Source: Nemertoderma westbladi
Lineage: Eukaryota; Animalia; Xenacoelomorpha
NCBI GenBank assembly: GCA_032718475.1
Contig: JAUCBJ010005792.1
Span: 1-64,000 of the forward strand
Direction: 5' to 3'
DNA: 64,000 bases
Positions 1 to 13,544 of the stretch are shown in pieces. Both the position numbers and the translations under genes were made by a program. The stretch's first letter is position 1; the number at the start of each line of letters is the position of its first letter. The notes below the pieces were generated by a model that ran no database searches, was not told the origin of the DNA, and saw only the letters and a program-made list of their open reading frames with translations.

Positions 1-1078
1 TGTATCTGATGTTTATCAAATTTAAACCTAAAAAACTAAAGGTTAACAACATTTTCGAGAGTTATCATTTTGCAAAATCTCTAAAGAATGTTGTGTTTAA
101 CGTAGGATATTACTGTCTGCTGATCCGAGTAGTTTGATTCACTAACGAGCCTAGCGAGTGACCTCGAATAAAACTTGAGGATCAGAACACTGAAGTACTT
201 CGCACCAACTTAGTATAGCAGTTCAACTGTAATTTCCCCAAGCCATTTAGTGCAGTGTACAAATATTATTGTCAATTGAAAAATAAATGTGAGAGTAAAA
301 TGTTAATAATATTTCATATTTAATAATAACTGCACAAATAATTGTTGATTAAAGGGTAAACATATATACTACTATTATAACACTGTTGGAATAATAAAAC
401 TGTTAATATGGATATATAGCACTACAATAATAATTACATATTTAATGACTAAATTATAAGTTAATCAGTTTAATCGATCTCTGATAATGATCGATCCTAA
501 TGTCCTTCCATTGCTAAAACTTATTATAATTCGCTATTTATTATAAATTAGTCATCGAAGAGAAGCCATTCTTGGTTTTAAGTAAATTAGTAGAGCGTTT
601 AGGTTAAAAGTCGATAACATTTACTAGAACAAATAATTGTTAATATGGAGACCTAAAAATATAAATAATCTAAACAAATAATAGCCTATACATAACTCGA
701 ATTACAATAACTATAATTTTAATATAATAACACAATTTAATAATGAGTTATGATCAATTTTTCACTGTATTTACCGAGTTTGTTCCGCCCAGAATTACAA
801 CACTGTAAAGTCATTTGCACCAACTTTATTTTCATTCCAAAATTATCAGATTTCAAAACGAAAACCGAAGAAAAATGTTATATTTGTGTTGGAGTTTCTC
901 GCGTTTTGTAATAAAAATGAATACAGAAGAGCATTAAAGTTTAATGTTCATTATAATTCCAAAATTTAGTCGAGGTTTATGTAATTTTAATGTTTGCAGT
1001 TTCCGGTACCAGTAAATAAAATGATGGAATGTAAGTTATGGTGCCCGAGAAATCAAAGAGGAATGTGATATTACAAAG

Positions 1079-3645
1079 CGGTCAGCCACACACACAGTGC
1101 CAACAACATAGCGCCCCCAGATCTCGCGGTCTGCCACACACAGTGCCAACAACATAGCGCCCCCAGATCTCGCGGTCAGCCACACACACAGTGCCAACAA
1201 CATAGCGCCCCCAGATCTCGCGGTCAGCCACACACACAGTGCCAACAACATAGCGCCCCCAGATCTCGCGGTCTGCCACACACAGTGCCAACAACATAGC
1301 GCCCCCAGATGTCGCGGTCAGCCACACACACAGTGCCAACAACATAGCGCCCCCAGATCTCGCGGTCAGTCACACACACAGTGCCAACAACATAGCGCCC
1401 CCAGATCTCGCGGTCAGCCACACACACAGTGCCAACAACATAGCGCCCCCAGATCTCGCGGTCAGCCACACACACAGTGCCAACAACATAGCGCCCCAAG
1501 ATCTCGCGGTCAGCCACACACACTGTGCCAACAACATAGCGCCCCCAGATCTCGCGGTCAGCCACACACACAGTGCCAACAACATAGCGCCCCCAGATCT
1601 CGCGGTCAGCCACACACACAGTGCCAACAACATAGCGCCCCCAGATCTCGCGGTCAGCCACACACACAGTGCCAACAACATAGCGCCCCCAGATCTCGCG
1701 GTCAGCCACACACACAGTGCCAACAACATAGCGCCCCCAGATGTCGCGGTCAGCCACACACACAGTGCCAACAACATGCGCCCCCAGATGTCGCGGTCAG
1801 CCACACACACAGTGCCAACAACATAGCGCCCCCAGATCTCGCGGTCTGCCACACACAGTTCCGGCGGACAAAGCAACATAGCGCCCCCAGATCTCGCGGT
1901 CAGCCACACACACAGTGCCAACAACATAGCGCCCCCAGAGCTCACGGTCTACCACACACACAGTGCCAACAACATAGCGCCCCCAGATCTCACGGTCTAC
2001 CACACACACAGTGCCAACAACATAGCGCCCCCAGATCTCACGGTCTACCACACACACAGTGCCAACAACATGCGCCCCCAGATGTCGCGGTCTGCCACAC
2101 ACATTGCCAACAACATAGCGCCCCCAGATGTCGCGGTCAGTCACACACACAGTGCCAACAACATAGCGCCCCCAGATCTCGCGGTCAGCCACACACACAG
2201 TGCCAACAACAAGCGCCCCCAGATCTCGCGGTCAGCCACACACACAGTGCCAACAACATAGCGCCCCCAGATCTCGCGGTCAGCCACACACACTGTGCCA
2301 ACAACATAGCGCCCCCAGATCTCGCGGTCAGCCACACACACAGTGCCAACAACATAGCGCCCCCAGATCTCGCGGTCAGCCACACACACAGTGCCAACAA
2401 CATAGCGCCCCCAGATCTCGCGGTCAGCCACACACACAGTGCCAACAACATAGCGCCCCCAGATCTCGCGGTCAGCCACACACACAGTGCCAACAACATA
2501 GCGCCCCCAGATGTCGCGGTCAGCCACACACACAGTGCCAACAACATGCGCCCCCAGATGTCGCGGTCAGCCACACACACAGTGCCAACAACATAGCGCC
2601 CCCAGATCTCGCGGTCTGCCACACACAGTTCCGGCGGACAAAGCAACATAGCGCCCCCAGATCTCGCGGTCAGCCACACACACAGTGCCAACAACATAGC
2701 GCCCCCAGAGCTCACGGTCTACCACACACACAGTGCCAACAACATAGCGCCCCCAGATCTCACGGTCTACCACACACACAGTGCCAACAACATAGCGCCC
2801 CCAGATCTCACGGTCTACCACACACACAGTGCCAACAACATGCGCCCCCAGATGTCGCGGTCTGCCACACACAGTGCCAACAACATAGCGCCCCCAGATG
2901 TCGCGGTCAGCCACACACACAGTGCCAACAACATGCGCCCCAAGATGTCGCGGTCAGCCACACACACAGTGCCAACAACATAGCGCCCCCAGATCTCGCG
3001 GTCAGCCACACACACAGTGCCAACAACATAGCGCCCCCAGATCTCGCGGTCAGCCACACACACAGTGCCAACAACATAGCGCCCCCAGATCTCGCGGTCA
3101 GCCACACACACAGTGCCAACAACATAGCACCCCCAGATGTCGCGGTCAGCCACACACACAGTGCCAACAAAATAGCGCCCCCAGATGTCGCGGTCAGCCA
3201 CACACACAGTGCCAACAACATGCGCCCCCAGATGTCGCGGTCAGCCACACACACAGTGCCAACAACATAGCGCCCCCAGATCTCGCGGTCAGCCACACAC
3301 ACAGTGCCAACAACATAGCACCCCCAGATGTCGCGGTCAGCCACACACACAGTGCCAACAACATAGCGCCCCCAGATCTCGCGGTCAGCCACACACACAG
3401 TGCCAACAACATAGCACCCCCAGATGTCGCGGTCAGCCACACACACAGTGCCAACAAAATAGCGCCCCCAGATGTCGCGGTCAGCCACACACACAGTGCC
3501 AACAACATGCGCCCCCAGATGTCGCGGTCAGCCACACACACAGTGCCAACAACATAGCGCCCCCAGATCTCGCGGTCAGCCACACACAGTGCCGACGGAC
3601 CCAGCAGCATACCGCCCCAGATCTCGCGGTCAGCCACACACAGTG
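1079..3645. repeat. 48-bp minisatellite (~53 copies) with higher-order duplication
   Basis: Unit GTGCCAACAACATAGCGCCCCCAGATCTCGCGGTCAGCCACACACACA (1381 then 1429). 46-47-bp variants occur. A variant block near 1765-2100 recurs 770 bp later. Confidence 0.97.
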
Positions 3646-4361
3646 CTGGCTGAAGTTAAATGAAACCAATGAAATCCCGACAAACCTGAGAGTTACAATA
3701 ACTTTGCGCGATATTTTATACAATTGGAAACATTTTGGAATAAAATAACAAAAAAAATCCAAATCTTCTACAACTAAAACTAAGAAAAATAATATCACTG
3801 TAAAATATTGCACTGCACTATAAAACAACAATGGAAAGTGATGGGAAGGGAATTAAACATTAACTACTTACTTACTGTTATTATAAACAAAACAATAAAT
3901 TATATTGTATCACTGGCGATATTCAAAAACGAATTCATTACAAACCAGATGATCGGGCGATCTACTTATAAAAAACACCGATATTATGAATTATAACTTT
4001 ATGTAAATCAACATCTTAACACGAAGTTTATTGAATAATAAAAAATACAGATTGCAGCAGATAATGCGGTGGTTAGGCCTAATAGGACAACTAACACTTC
4101 CAATGTCATGATAACTAATTAATCGGTTTCAAGTACCAAATGATAAACTTAAAACGTCTTGGTACAGTGGAAAGTATCGCATGTTAATAATCAATGGCCC
4201 ACAGTTGTAGTGGCAAAGTACTGGTCGTAATTCACCCTACGATTTGGTACCTACTCATTTACAGTAGCCTCCCATTGTGAGTATACATGTTCATACATAA
4301 AACATGAGAAGACAATAATTAGTAACCACCAGCAACTGAGTGAGAGTCAGCGGGAACGCCG

Positions 4362-4554
4362 TCAGCCTAGGAACTTCGCTTCGTATATGGACCTCATTCT
4401 GACCCCGTGTCTGTGCCTTATGTGGTCTCCCAACCCCTGCTTCGAAGTAAATCTCCTCTGACACGCGTCGCATTCGTACACGTTGCCTTGGTGAGTGTCC
4501 GTGTGATTCTCCCAAGCTTGCTTCCACTTAAATCGCTTCTCGCAAAACTCGCAT
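4362..4554 (-). CDS. C2H2 zinc-finger gene A, last exon (two fingers, stop)
   Basis: ttatag acceptor, phase 2. Encodes CEFCEKRFKWKQAWENHTDTH and CDACQRRFTSKQGLGDHIRHRH, ending YEAKFLG*. Confidence 0.92.
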
Positions 4555-4978
4555 CTATAACAATAAATAAAATAATTAAATTTTAGAACTAAAATAATTG
4601 TTAAAAGAAAATAAATACGTAGTTCCGTATTCAGTTTTACCATCGTCATACGTCATTTCAGTGGTGATACAATATCGAATCGACCAAGCGCAGTCCCACA
4701 GTCTGCAGATATAATGCAGGGATATCTATACCAATAAGAAATAATTGAGTGTCTACCTGGGCTGCCCTACCGTGCCCCCTCCCCCCCACCAGCTATCTGG
4801 GCTTGGAACTAACTTTAGGATTCATATTACAATTGGCACAAGTGAAAAATATTTATTGATTATATTAATTGTATTATTTTCCTTTGTTGACTTGACAGAA
4901 ATTTTTTTTATCGAAAAACGAAGGGAAAAAAAAGTTAAAAAAACTTCTAAAACTTGTATTAATGTGGCGTCAACTAAC

Positions 4979-5109
4979 TTGAATGGGAAGTAATCAACAT
5001 GAGTTATCATATGATTCTTGAGAACATGTTTATATTTGAAACCCCGTTTACAAATATTGCAGAAATAAGGTCGATCCGATCCATGGGCGTGAAGCATGTG
5101 ATGTTTCAG
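4979..5109 (-). CDS. C2H2 zinc-finger gene A exon
   Basis: tttcag|CTG AAA CAT (phase 0) to AA|gttagt (phase 2). Encodes LKHHMLHAHGSDRPYFCNICKRGFKYKHVLKNHMITHVDYFPFK. Confidence 0.92.
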
Positions 5110-6838
5110 CTGAAACGGAAGATGTGAATTCAGTTAATTATGTGTTTCAGCTGTAACGGGAGATGTGAATTCAGTTAATTCTGTGTTTCAGCTGAAACGG
5201 AAGATGTAAATTCAGTTAATTATGTGTTTCAGCTGTAACGGGAGATGTGAATTCAGTTAATTATGTTTTTCAGCTGCAACGGAAGATGTGAATTCAGTTA
5301 ATTATGTGTTTCAGCTGAAACGGAAAATGTAAATTCAGTTAATTATGTGTTTCAGCTGTAACGGAAAACGTAAATTCAGTTAATTATGTGTTTCAGCTGT
5401 AACGGGAGATGTGAATTCAGTTAATTATGTGTTTCAGCTGTAACGGGAGATGTGAATTCAGTTAATTATGTGTTTCAGCTGTAACGGGAGATGTGAATTC
5501 AGTTAATTATGTTTTTCAGCTGCAACGGAAGATGTGAATTCAGTTAATTCTGTGTTTCAGCTGCAACGGAAGTTATGAATTCAGTTAATTATGTGTTTCA
5601 GCTGTAACGGGAGATGTGAATTCAGTTAATTATGTTTTTCAGCTGCAACGGAAGATGTGAATTCAGTTAATTCTGTGTTTCAGCTGCAACGGAAGTTATG
5701 AATTCAGTTAATTATGTGTTTTAGCTGCAACGGGAGATGTGAATTCAGTTAATTCTGTGTTTCAGCTGCAGCGGGAGATGTGAATTCAGTTAATTCTGTG
5801 TTTCAGCTGTAACGGGAGATGTGAATTCAGTTAATTCTGTGTTTCAGCTGCAACGGGAGATGTGAATTCACTTAATTCTGTGTTTCAGCTGCAACGGAAG
5901 ATGTGAATTCAGTTAATTCTGTGTTTCAGCTGCAACGGGAGATGTGAATTATGTTAATTCTGTGTTTCAGCTGCAACGGAAGATGTGAATTCAGTTAATT
6001 CTGTGTTTCAGCTGCAACGGAAGTTATGAATTCAGTTAATTATGTGTTTCAGCTGTAACGGGAGATGTGAATTCAGTTAATTATGTTTTTCAGCTGCAAC
6101 GGAAGATGTGAATTCAGTTAATTCTGTGTTTCAGCTGCAACGGAAGTTGTGAATTCAGTTAATTATGTGTTTCAGCTGCAACGGGAGATGTGAATTCAGT
6201 TAATTCTGTGTTTCAGCTGCAGCGGGAGATGTGAATTCAGTTAATTCTGTGTTTCAGCTGTAACGGGAGATGTGAATTCAGTTAATTCTGTGTTTCAGCT
6301 GCAACGGGAGATGTGAATTCACTTAATTCTGTGTTTCAGCTGCAACGGAAGATGTGAATTCAGTTAATTCTGTGTTTCAGCTGCAACGGGAGATGTGAAT
6401 TATGTTAATTCTGTGTTTCAGCTGCAACGGAAGATGTGAATTCAGTTAATTCTGTGCTTCAGCTGCAACGGAAGATGTGAATTCAGTTAATTCTGTGTTT
6501 CAGCTGCAACGGAAGATGTGAATTCAGTTAATTCTGTGTTTCAGCTGCAACGGAAGATGTGAATTCAGTTAATTCTGTGTTTCAACTGCAACGGAAGATG
6601 TGAATTCAGTTAATTCTGTGTTTCAGCTGCAACGGAAGATGTGAATTCAGTTAATTATGTGTTTCAGCTGCAACGGAAGATGTGAATTCAGTTAATTATG
6701 TGTTTCAGCTGCAACGGAAGATGTAAATTCAGTTAATTCTGTGTTTCAGCTGCAACGGAAGATGTGAATTCAGTTAATTCTGTGTTTCAGCTGCAACGAA
6801 AGATGTGAATTCAGTTAATTCTGTGTTTCAGCTGCAAC
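5102..6838 (-). repeat. 41-bp tandem array (~42 units) made of the splice acceptor plus the first 8 nt of the adjacent exon
   Basis: Minus-strand unit CTGAAACACA(T/G)AATTAACTGAATTCACATCT(T/C)CCGTT(T/A/G)CAG. Higher-order period 451 bp (11 units; 5851 vs 6302). Confidence 0.96.
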
Positions 6839-7802
6839 AGAGAGTCAATGGGAAATATTGCGATTCACATATATTGGATTGATACTAGACCATAGAAAAT
6901 GTCAGAAAGTGGTGGAGGTGTCAATTACTGAAAATTTGCGTAACATCAGCGGTATGATATCTGAGCGATGCGTGTAGGCCGGGTGGGTGGGTGGGTGTTA
7001 AACTCAAACAAAACTATTTATTGGAGTTTATAGATGTGCGGCGAACTTATTTTAGTCAGCACTCAGCCACTAGATACCCATAATCTTTAGGGTTTTTTGG
7101 TGCTCAGCTCAATATATTTTTGGTTCAGGGTGGAATTAGTACGGTATGCAGCCTGGATTCAAGCAAAACTCGCCCGATAAATAGTCTACAAATTTTCTGG
7201 TCGTTTATGAAACTGTAAGACACGTGCTGCGACTCCTATTTTTTGTTTCGGTTAAATGTTGGCCACTGTAACCTGCTCCTTTCCATTTAGCGGCGAAGAT
7301 TACCTGCGGGCTTAGGTTTCTCGCGGAGAATATTGCACACAACCAGTCAGTTAGGTCTACTCTGGGTGATCCATTTTTATCTGAGATTACAAATCGGGCT
7401 TATAAAATGTGAGATGGTATTACAACGATATCCTAGAGTCAGTCAGAATTGTTCGACCGCGGGGAAATTGATGTAAAAGTAGCATAAAAACATCGACTCC
7501 GGGTGCATGTGTTCAGTTCGCGTTAGTTAGATAATAATTCTGTGTTGAGAGGTCCATGTGCAATGGTCAGGAAACAATCTCTATAAATTTGTAACTAGCT
7601 TCGAATCCAAACTCAAGAAAGCATGAATTCTAGATATATGGTATACAATTTATAAAATATTCTACCAATATATCAATATACTATATAATAATATCTACAA
7701 TTTATACAATATTAGAAAGTCCTTGGTTTTACCATAATATTTGTTTATCTATATAGTCCTACCGGTACCAATTTACCTATAATAGTCTCAATATTGTATG
7801 TA

Positions 7803-9710
7803 TACTACTACTACTACAGTAGGTCGAGCGAACTCCGACAGTGGAAATGAGATCCTTCCAGGCTTCCCGATTCTCCATAGTTGTCGCAATTTCGTTTCTC
7901 CCAAGTTCAGTATCCCTTTCAAGTTGATCTATATATGTTATGGCCGGTCGTCCACGACTACGGTTTCCATGAGTTAGTTGCCAGAAAAGTAGATCTGGTA
8001 TGACCTCGACTTTACTTCGCCAGCAGTGCCCACTGAATCTTAATCTGCGTTCACGGAGGGTGGTTGATACAGGCAGTATTGTACCATAAAGTTCGGCGTT
8101 TGTCATGTGTTGTCTCCAGCTGATGTTTAGGGCTGCCTTTAGTAGTCTTGTGTAGCAACCATCAATTCGTTGTTCAAGTGATTTAGTCAGTGTCCAGGTC
8201 TCACCACCGTATAAAAATACACTTTCCATTGTGGCTCGAAAGAACTTAGTCTTCAGGTGACTGGAAAGATCTGATTTCCAGATGGTATCCATTATTGATA
8301 GAGCTACCCAAGCCTTTGCTTTCCTAACTTCTATGTCCTTTTTGCTACTCTCTATCCATGATCCAAGGTACTGAAAGTCGTCGACCTTCCTTAGTTGATT
8401 ATTATCAATGGTTGTCAACTTTCCATCAATTTTTGTCAAGTCAAAGTTTTGTCAAAGTTGTCCAGTTTCAGTCATGAATTCGGTCTTTGTAGCATTTATA
8501 TGCAATCCAACCTCCTTAGCAGCCCTCTCCACTTTATTTAGTAGAAGCTGTGCATCTGCTAGCGTATTAGAGAGCAGGACGATGTCATCCGCAAAGTCGG
8601 TGTCTGTGACTGTAGTTGCCGGATATCTACTACTTCTGCGTTCTTGAAGTGTGAATCCCAGATCGTCACCCTTTGTGGCCGTCCTCATTGCGTAATCCAG
8701 CACAATTACAAATAGTAATGGTGCTAATGTGTCACCTTGCAGTACGGCAGGCAGGATTGAGAAAAACTCAGTATCACCATCTAGTGAGAGTACCTGCGCT
8801 TCTGTGTCACAATATAACAATCCAATGCCAGCAACAATTACTTCTGGTATTCCATAAGCTCTTAGGATTTCAAGCATTTTACCTCTATGGATGGAGTCGA
8901 ATGCCTTCTTGAAGTCCACAAAAGTCATGACTGCGGGGATATTCTTTGACTTAATTCCTTCAATCAGTCTCCGTAGTGCAGTATCTGAGCTAGAGCTATT
9001 GTTGATCTACTCGGTCGAAATCCGTTTTGGCTCTTACGCAGTAGTTTCTCTATGTGTGGCCTAATCCTATATAGAATCATTTTATTGTATATTTTGGCAG
9101 CTACCACAAGCATACAGATCCCACGATAGTTTGTTGGTATGGCAAGGTCTCCTTTCATGGGGAGAGGCTTTAGTTGACCTTTAGTCCAAATTGGTGGTGG
9201 CTTTTCCCCTTTTAACATCCGGTTGCAAACATTCAATAATGGTCTGTTTAGCACTCCAGTTTTCCATACCTCCGCTGGGATTTCATCTAATCCACTCGCT
9301 TTATTATTGAACATGCTTTTAATGCTTCTTTGGAGTTTGGCAGGTGTGAAGTCCCCTGTTTCTATAGGTAGTGCCTTGTCATATATTTTCCTTGTAGGGC
9401 TGACCTCGATGTTTGGTGGCTGCCCAAACAAGTTGCTGAAGTGATTTTTCCACTTCCCAACACGTTCTTCAGGACTATCGGCTTTGAGGCGCCCCTTTGC
9501 ACAACTTTTCCGACCAGATACATCATTTACAGTTTGCCAGGTAAGTCTTGATTGTTGCTGTATATGAGCAGTTGTAATTGCTTCAATTTTACCCTGTATG
9601 TACCTTTCCTGTCTGATGTTGTAGGCCAATTTAAGATCGTCCTTAGCTTTCTCAACCTTGTTAAAGTTTTCGGTTGTTGGATGTTCGGTTTTAACTTTGT
9701 AGGCTATCTT
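7803..9710 (-). mobile_element. RTE-clade non-LTR retrotransposon, 5'-truncated, frameshifted RT
   Basis: Three consecutive ORF pieces with NYRGI, QNGFRP, FVDFKKAFDS, VLQGDTLAP, DFADD, FQYLGS, LYGGETWTL and RSRGRP. (AGT)n 3' tail at 7803-7817. Confidence 0.93.
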
Positions 9711-11144
9711 AAGATATGTTGTATGTATATAGTGATTATTTTAACTAGATTTGTGCTTAATTAATTGATTATAATATTTTTAAACTCATTGGTCTTACTG
9801 TTTTACCATCTTTTTAATTTTTATTTACCACATGTTCTATATATTTACTATAAGTCCTACCATTTTACATGTAATGGCCACCATATTGTATACAGTCATT
9901 TTCAACTGGAATTGTGCAACAATATTATTATTCTAGGACAACCATATTTATCCCTCGGAGGTTATCACCTCCGAGGTTGGTGAACCCGCTCCCGACTCCT
10001 CCGAGGTTGGTGAATCCGCTCCCGTCCCCTCCGATTATTATTATAAATTATCCCTACCATTTCGATTTTACCAATAATAGCCATCGGGGCGTAATACGGG
10101 ATGAATGAATGAACGACAAGTCAAATATATACTGAAACCTCACGGGTAGACACGGTGGATAGAATTCACGCGGCCCAGAACATACACGCGATACAGAATA
10201 CAGACTGCATAAAATACACGATGCATATAGTGCAACGACTGGGGTGTTCTCCAAACATAATGCCAAGCGGGGTTTATCTATGCAGTAGGCCTAAGCTCTG
10301 CAAGGAACATATCTTTTCATTCTCGACGCCGCCTGCTTAATGAATACTTTAGTGCCTCTAATTACACATAAGGTTCCAACGGCTACTATAATATCCAATC
10401 AACCCAAAATTATTTAACTCACTTTTATCTATAATATTTGTCTCACCGCGCATCTCTTGAATCGTGTCAATCAATATCTTTGAACGTTTTATTATTTTAT
10501 GGTACTCGTGCAGTTCTGTGCAGTTTTATATGTACGTATGTCAATTTAAATTGATTAAACAGACAAATAGGATACATACACCAATTACACCGTATATAAA
10601 ATACACCAGGTGCATATATTATAAGACACGTAAGAGTTGTATATAATGCATATGTCTCACTAATACATATACACAATAATACAATCACTATTTTATTTAT
10701 CTGATAGTATTTTTATCAGCGATATTCTCAACACAGTAACAAAATTAATTAAATAATTATCACCCACCACCATCCTAAAAATGCATCGGACAAGTATAAA
10801 AATTTAAATAACAAAATAACAATTGTAATTATTCGAGTTGAGACTGGGCGGATAAGATCCGGTAGTCTGTAGTTTATTGTTCAAGAAATCCAGTTAGTTT
10901 TCTGAAAGAAATCATCGGAATTGTATTTGGCGACGGTTGTTCTGTAATGAGTAACGAAGTTATTTGAGTTATTGAAGATGTCAGTTGATTGTTTTTACTA
11001 AGAACTTCGATTTACCATCACAACAAGCATAATGAAACTTTTTTGTTTGTTTGTTTTTAATAAAAAAATAACAATGTTTATTTTGGCGTAATAAAATGCA
11101 TTTCATATACAAAAATGAAACCACATCTTTATCCACGTGGAGTG

Positions 11145-11577
11145 AAAATGCCGGGATCCGAAAGTCAGGTGAAGTCTTTGGGATACGTAAGGGGAACGCA
11201 TGGGCAGCGTTAAATAGTCTGTCCAGGATTTGGAAGTCAAAAAGGGAAACTCAAGGTTCGATAATTTAGGGCAGCAGTAGTTCCAGCTTCCAGCAGTAGT
11301 TCCAGTGAGAGAACATTCTGGGCTCTAACTGCTGAACCTGAGGACACCAAATCTCAGGATGGCACTTATACAAGAATGCTGCGCCGGGTTCATTGTGTCA
11401 AGTACAATGAATGCATCTCCAATCCTGCTTTGGCGGCCTCATGGAGTGAATAAGCATGGTGGACAGCCCATGACTTTCTTGAGACGCATCTTAAAGGACA
11501 CTGGCCTTGAAGATGCGGATGATCTAGCAAATGTCAAGGGTGATAGGGAGTTGTGGCGGCGCAATTTTGACAAGCCG
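11145..11577 (+). mobile_element. Degraded RTE LINE 3' fragment (same family as 51745-52803)
   Basis: HGVNKHGGQPMTFLR.ILKDTGLE.ADDLANV shared with the 52264-52722 ORF. Confidence 0.85.
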
Positions 11578-11580
11578 GTC

Positions 11581-12633
11581 CACTTAGTATGTCGTTCGCA
11601 CGACTTAGTATGTCGTTCGCACGACTTAGTATGTCGTTCGCACGAGTTAGTTAAGTCGTTCGCACGAGTTTGTTAAGTCGTGCGCACGAGTTAGTTAAGT
11701 CGTTCGCACGACTTAGTAAGTCGTTCGCACGAGTTAGTTAAGTCGTTCGCACGAGTTAGTTAAGTCGTTCGCACGAGTTAGTTAAGTCGTTCGCACGACT
11801 TAGTAAGTCGTTCGCACGAGTTAGTTAAGTCGTTCGCACGAGTTAGTTAAGTCGTTCGCACGAGTTAGTTAAGTCGTTCGCACGAGTTAGTTAAGTCGTT
11901 CGCACGAGTTAGTTAAGTCGTTCGCACGAGTTAGTTAAGTCGTTCGCACGAGTTAGTTAAGTCGTTCGCACGAGTTAGTTAAGTCGTTCGCACGAGTTAG
12001 TTAAGTCGTTCGCACGAGTTAGTTAAGTCGTTCGCACGAGTTAGTTAAGTCGTTCGCACGAGTTAGTTAAGTCGTTCGCACGACTTAGTAAGTCGTTCGC
12101 ACGAGTTAGTTAAGTCGTTCGCACGAGTTAGTTAAGTCGTTCGCACGAGTTAGTTAAGTCGTTCGCACGAGTTAGTTAAGTCGTTCGCACGAGTTAGTTA
12201 AGTCGTTCGCACGAGTTAGTTAAGTCGTTCGCACGAGTTAGTTAAGTCGTTCGCACGACTTAGTAAGTCGTTCGCACGAGTTAGTTAAGTCGTTCGCACG
12301 AGTTAGTTAAGTCGTTCGCACGAGTTAGTTAAGTCGTTCGCACGAGTTAGTTAAGTCGTTCGCACGAGTTAGTTAAGTCGTTCGCACGAGTTAGTTAAGT
12401 CGTTCGCACGAGTTTGTTAAGTCGTGCGCACGAGTTAGTTAAGTCGTTCGCACGACTTAGTAAGTCGTTCGCACGAGTTAGTTAAGTCGTTCGCACGAGT
12501 TAGTTAAGTCGTTCGCACGAGTTAGTTAAGTCGTTCGCACGAGTTAGTTAAGTCGTTCGCACGAGTTAGTTAAGTCGTTCGCACGAGTTAGCAAAAAAAA
12601 ATTTTTTTCACATGTCCCTTTAGGGGCTCCGTA
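11581..12633. repeat. 21/22-bp minisatellite (~46 copies) followed by a probable DNA-transposon end
   Basis: Unit GTTAGTTAAGTCGTTCGCACGA. Followed by A9/T7 and CATGTCCCTTTAGGGGCTCCGTA. No partner end found, so the transposon call is tentative. Confidence 0.9.
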
Positions 12634-12705
12634 AAAATATAAGATAAAATAAATATAAATACAGTCAAACAGTTACCGGTACTACTGTAGGTAGGTAGCG
12701 CCTAC

Positions 12706-12817
12706 CTGTCTCATGTGGTTGCATGCGTAGTTACATTCCTTACAGGCCAGATTTAAATCGTCGTTATGGTAACGTTCCATATGATTTCTGTACGTTCCTT
12801 CCTTTTTAAATACGCAC
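12706..12817 (-). CDS. C2H2 zinc-finger gene A exon
   Basis: ttccag|G TGC (phase 2) to CAG|gtagg (phase 0). Encodes CVFKKEGTYRNHMERYHNDDLNLACKECNYACNHMRQ, completed by LKHHMLHAH in the next exon. Confidence 0.9.
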
Positions 12818-12955
12818 CTGGAACGGAACGGAACTCTCAGTTAATAAATGTCACGCGGAACGGAACGGAATGTACTCTCAGTTAATAAATGTCACGCGAA
12901 TAAGGATAATAAAATAGCCGCCGCTATTGTTTGTGACATCAATCTCCTTCCTTAC

Positions 12956-13100
12956 CTGCAACTCGGACACCGGTAGGGATAGTCGCAGTTGTGTATGCTG
13001 AGGTGTTGGATAACACTTTGTTTCAGTTTAAAAGCTTTGGGACACAGGTGGCATTTGAAACGCAACGCATCAGCTGATGTTTCATCCTCACCTTCACCCT
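12956..13100 (-). CDS. C2H2 zinc-finger gene A exon
   Basis: atttag| (phase 1) to AG|gtaag (phase 2). Encodes FKCHLCPKAFKLKQSVIQHLSIHNCDYPYRCPSC. Confidence 0.92.
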
Positions 13101-13344
13101 CTAAATAAATAATAACGTTAATAAAAACAAAATTAATTAAAACATTAAAGGTTTGATAGATGAAAGAATTATTATTCTATTGAACCTGAATTGATATTGA
13201 TATTGATATTGAATACCAATGCTGAACGGAATAATACACCACGAGTCATCTGTCTGTCACTAAGTATTGCTAATTTACCTTCACAAAGAGTTTAGAAAAT
13301 TTATAATAATAAGAGCAAAACTGAAATTAAGTTTTCGAACTTAC

Positions 13345-13523
13345 CGCGTTCCGAATTCTTTGCATCAGACTCCGGACTAACTGGACTCAGCATTGGGTTC
13401 TCCATTAGGTTAATGGGTCCGTGGGTCTCTATGTTACCGTCGTGCGCGGTGTCCATATGGTACTCAAAGTCAGTCTGAGACAGAAATGTTAGGTGACACT
13501 GGCAACATTCTGTTTTCTGCATC
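13345..13523 (-). CDS. C2H2 zinc-finger gene A exon (isolated finger)
   Basis: gttttag|G ATG (phase 2) to G|gtaag (phase 1). Encodes CCQCHLTFLSQTDFEYHMDTAH. Confidence 0.88.
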
Positions 13524-13544
13524 CTAAAACGGATAAAATTGATA

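Noticed and set aside
1036-3831. Many overlapping ORFs (CVADREIWGR..., HTQCQQHSAPR...)
   Set aside because: Translations of the 48-bp array. The 46/47-bp units shift frame freely, so there is no sign of coding constraint.
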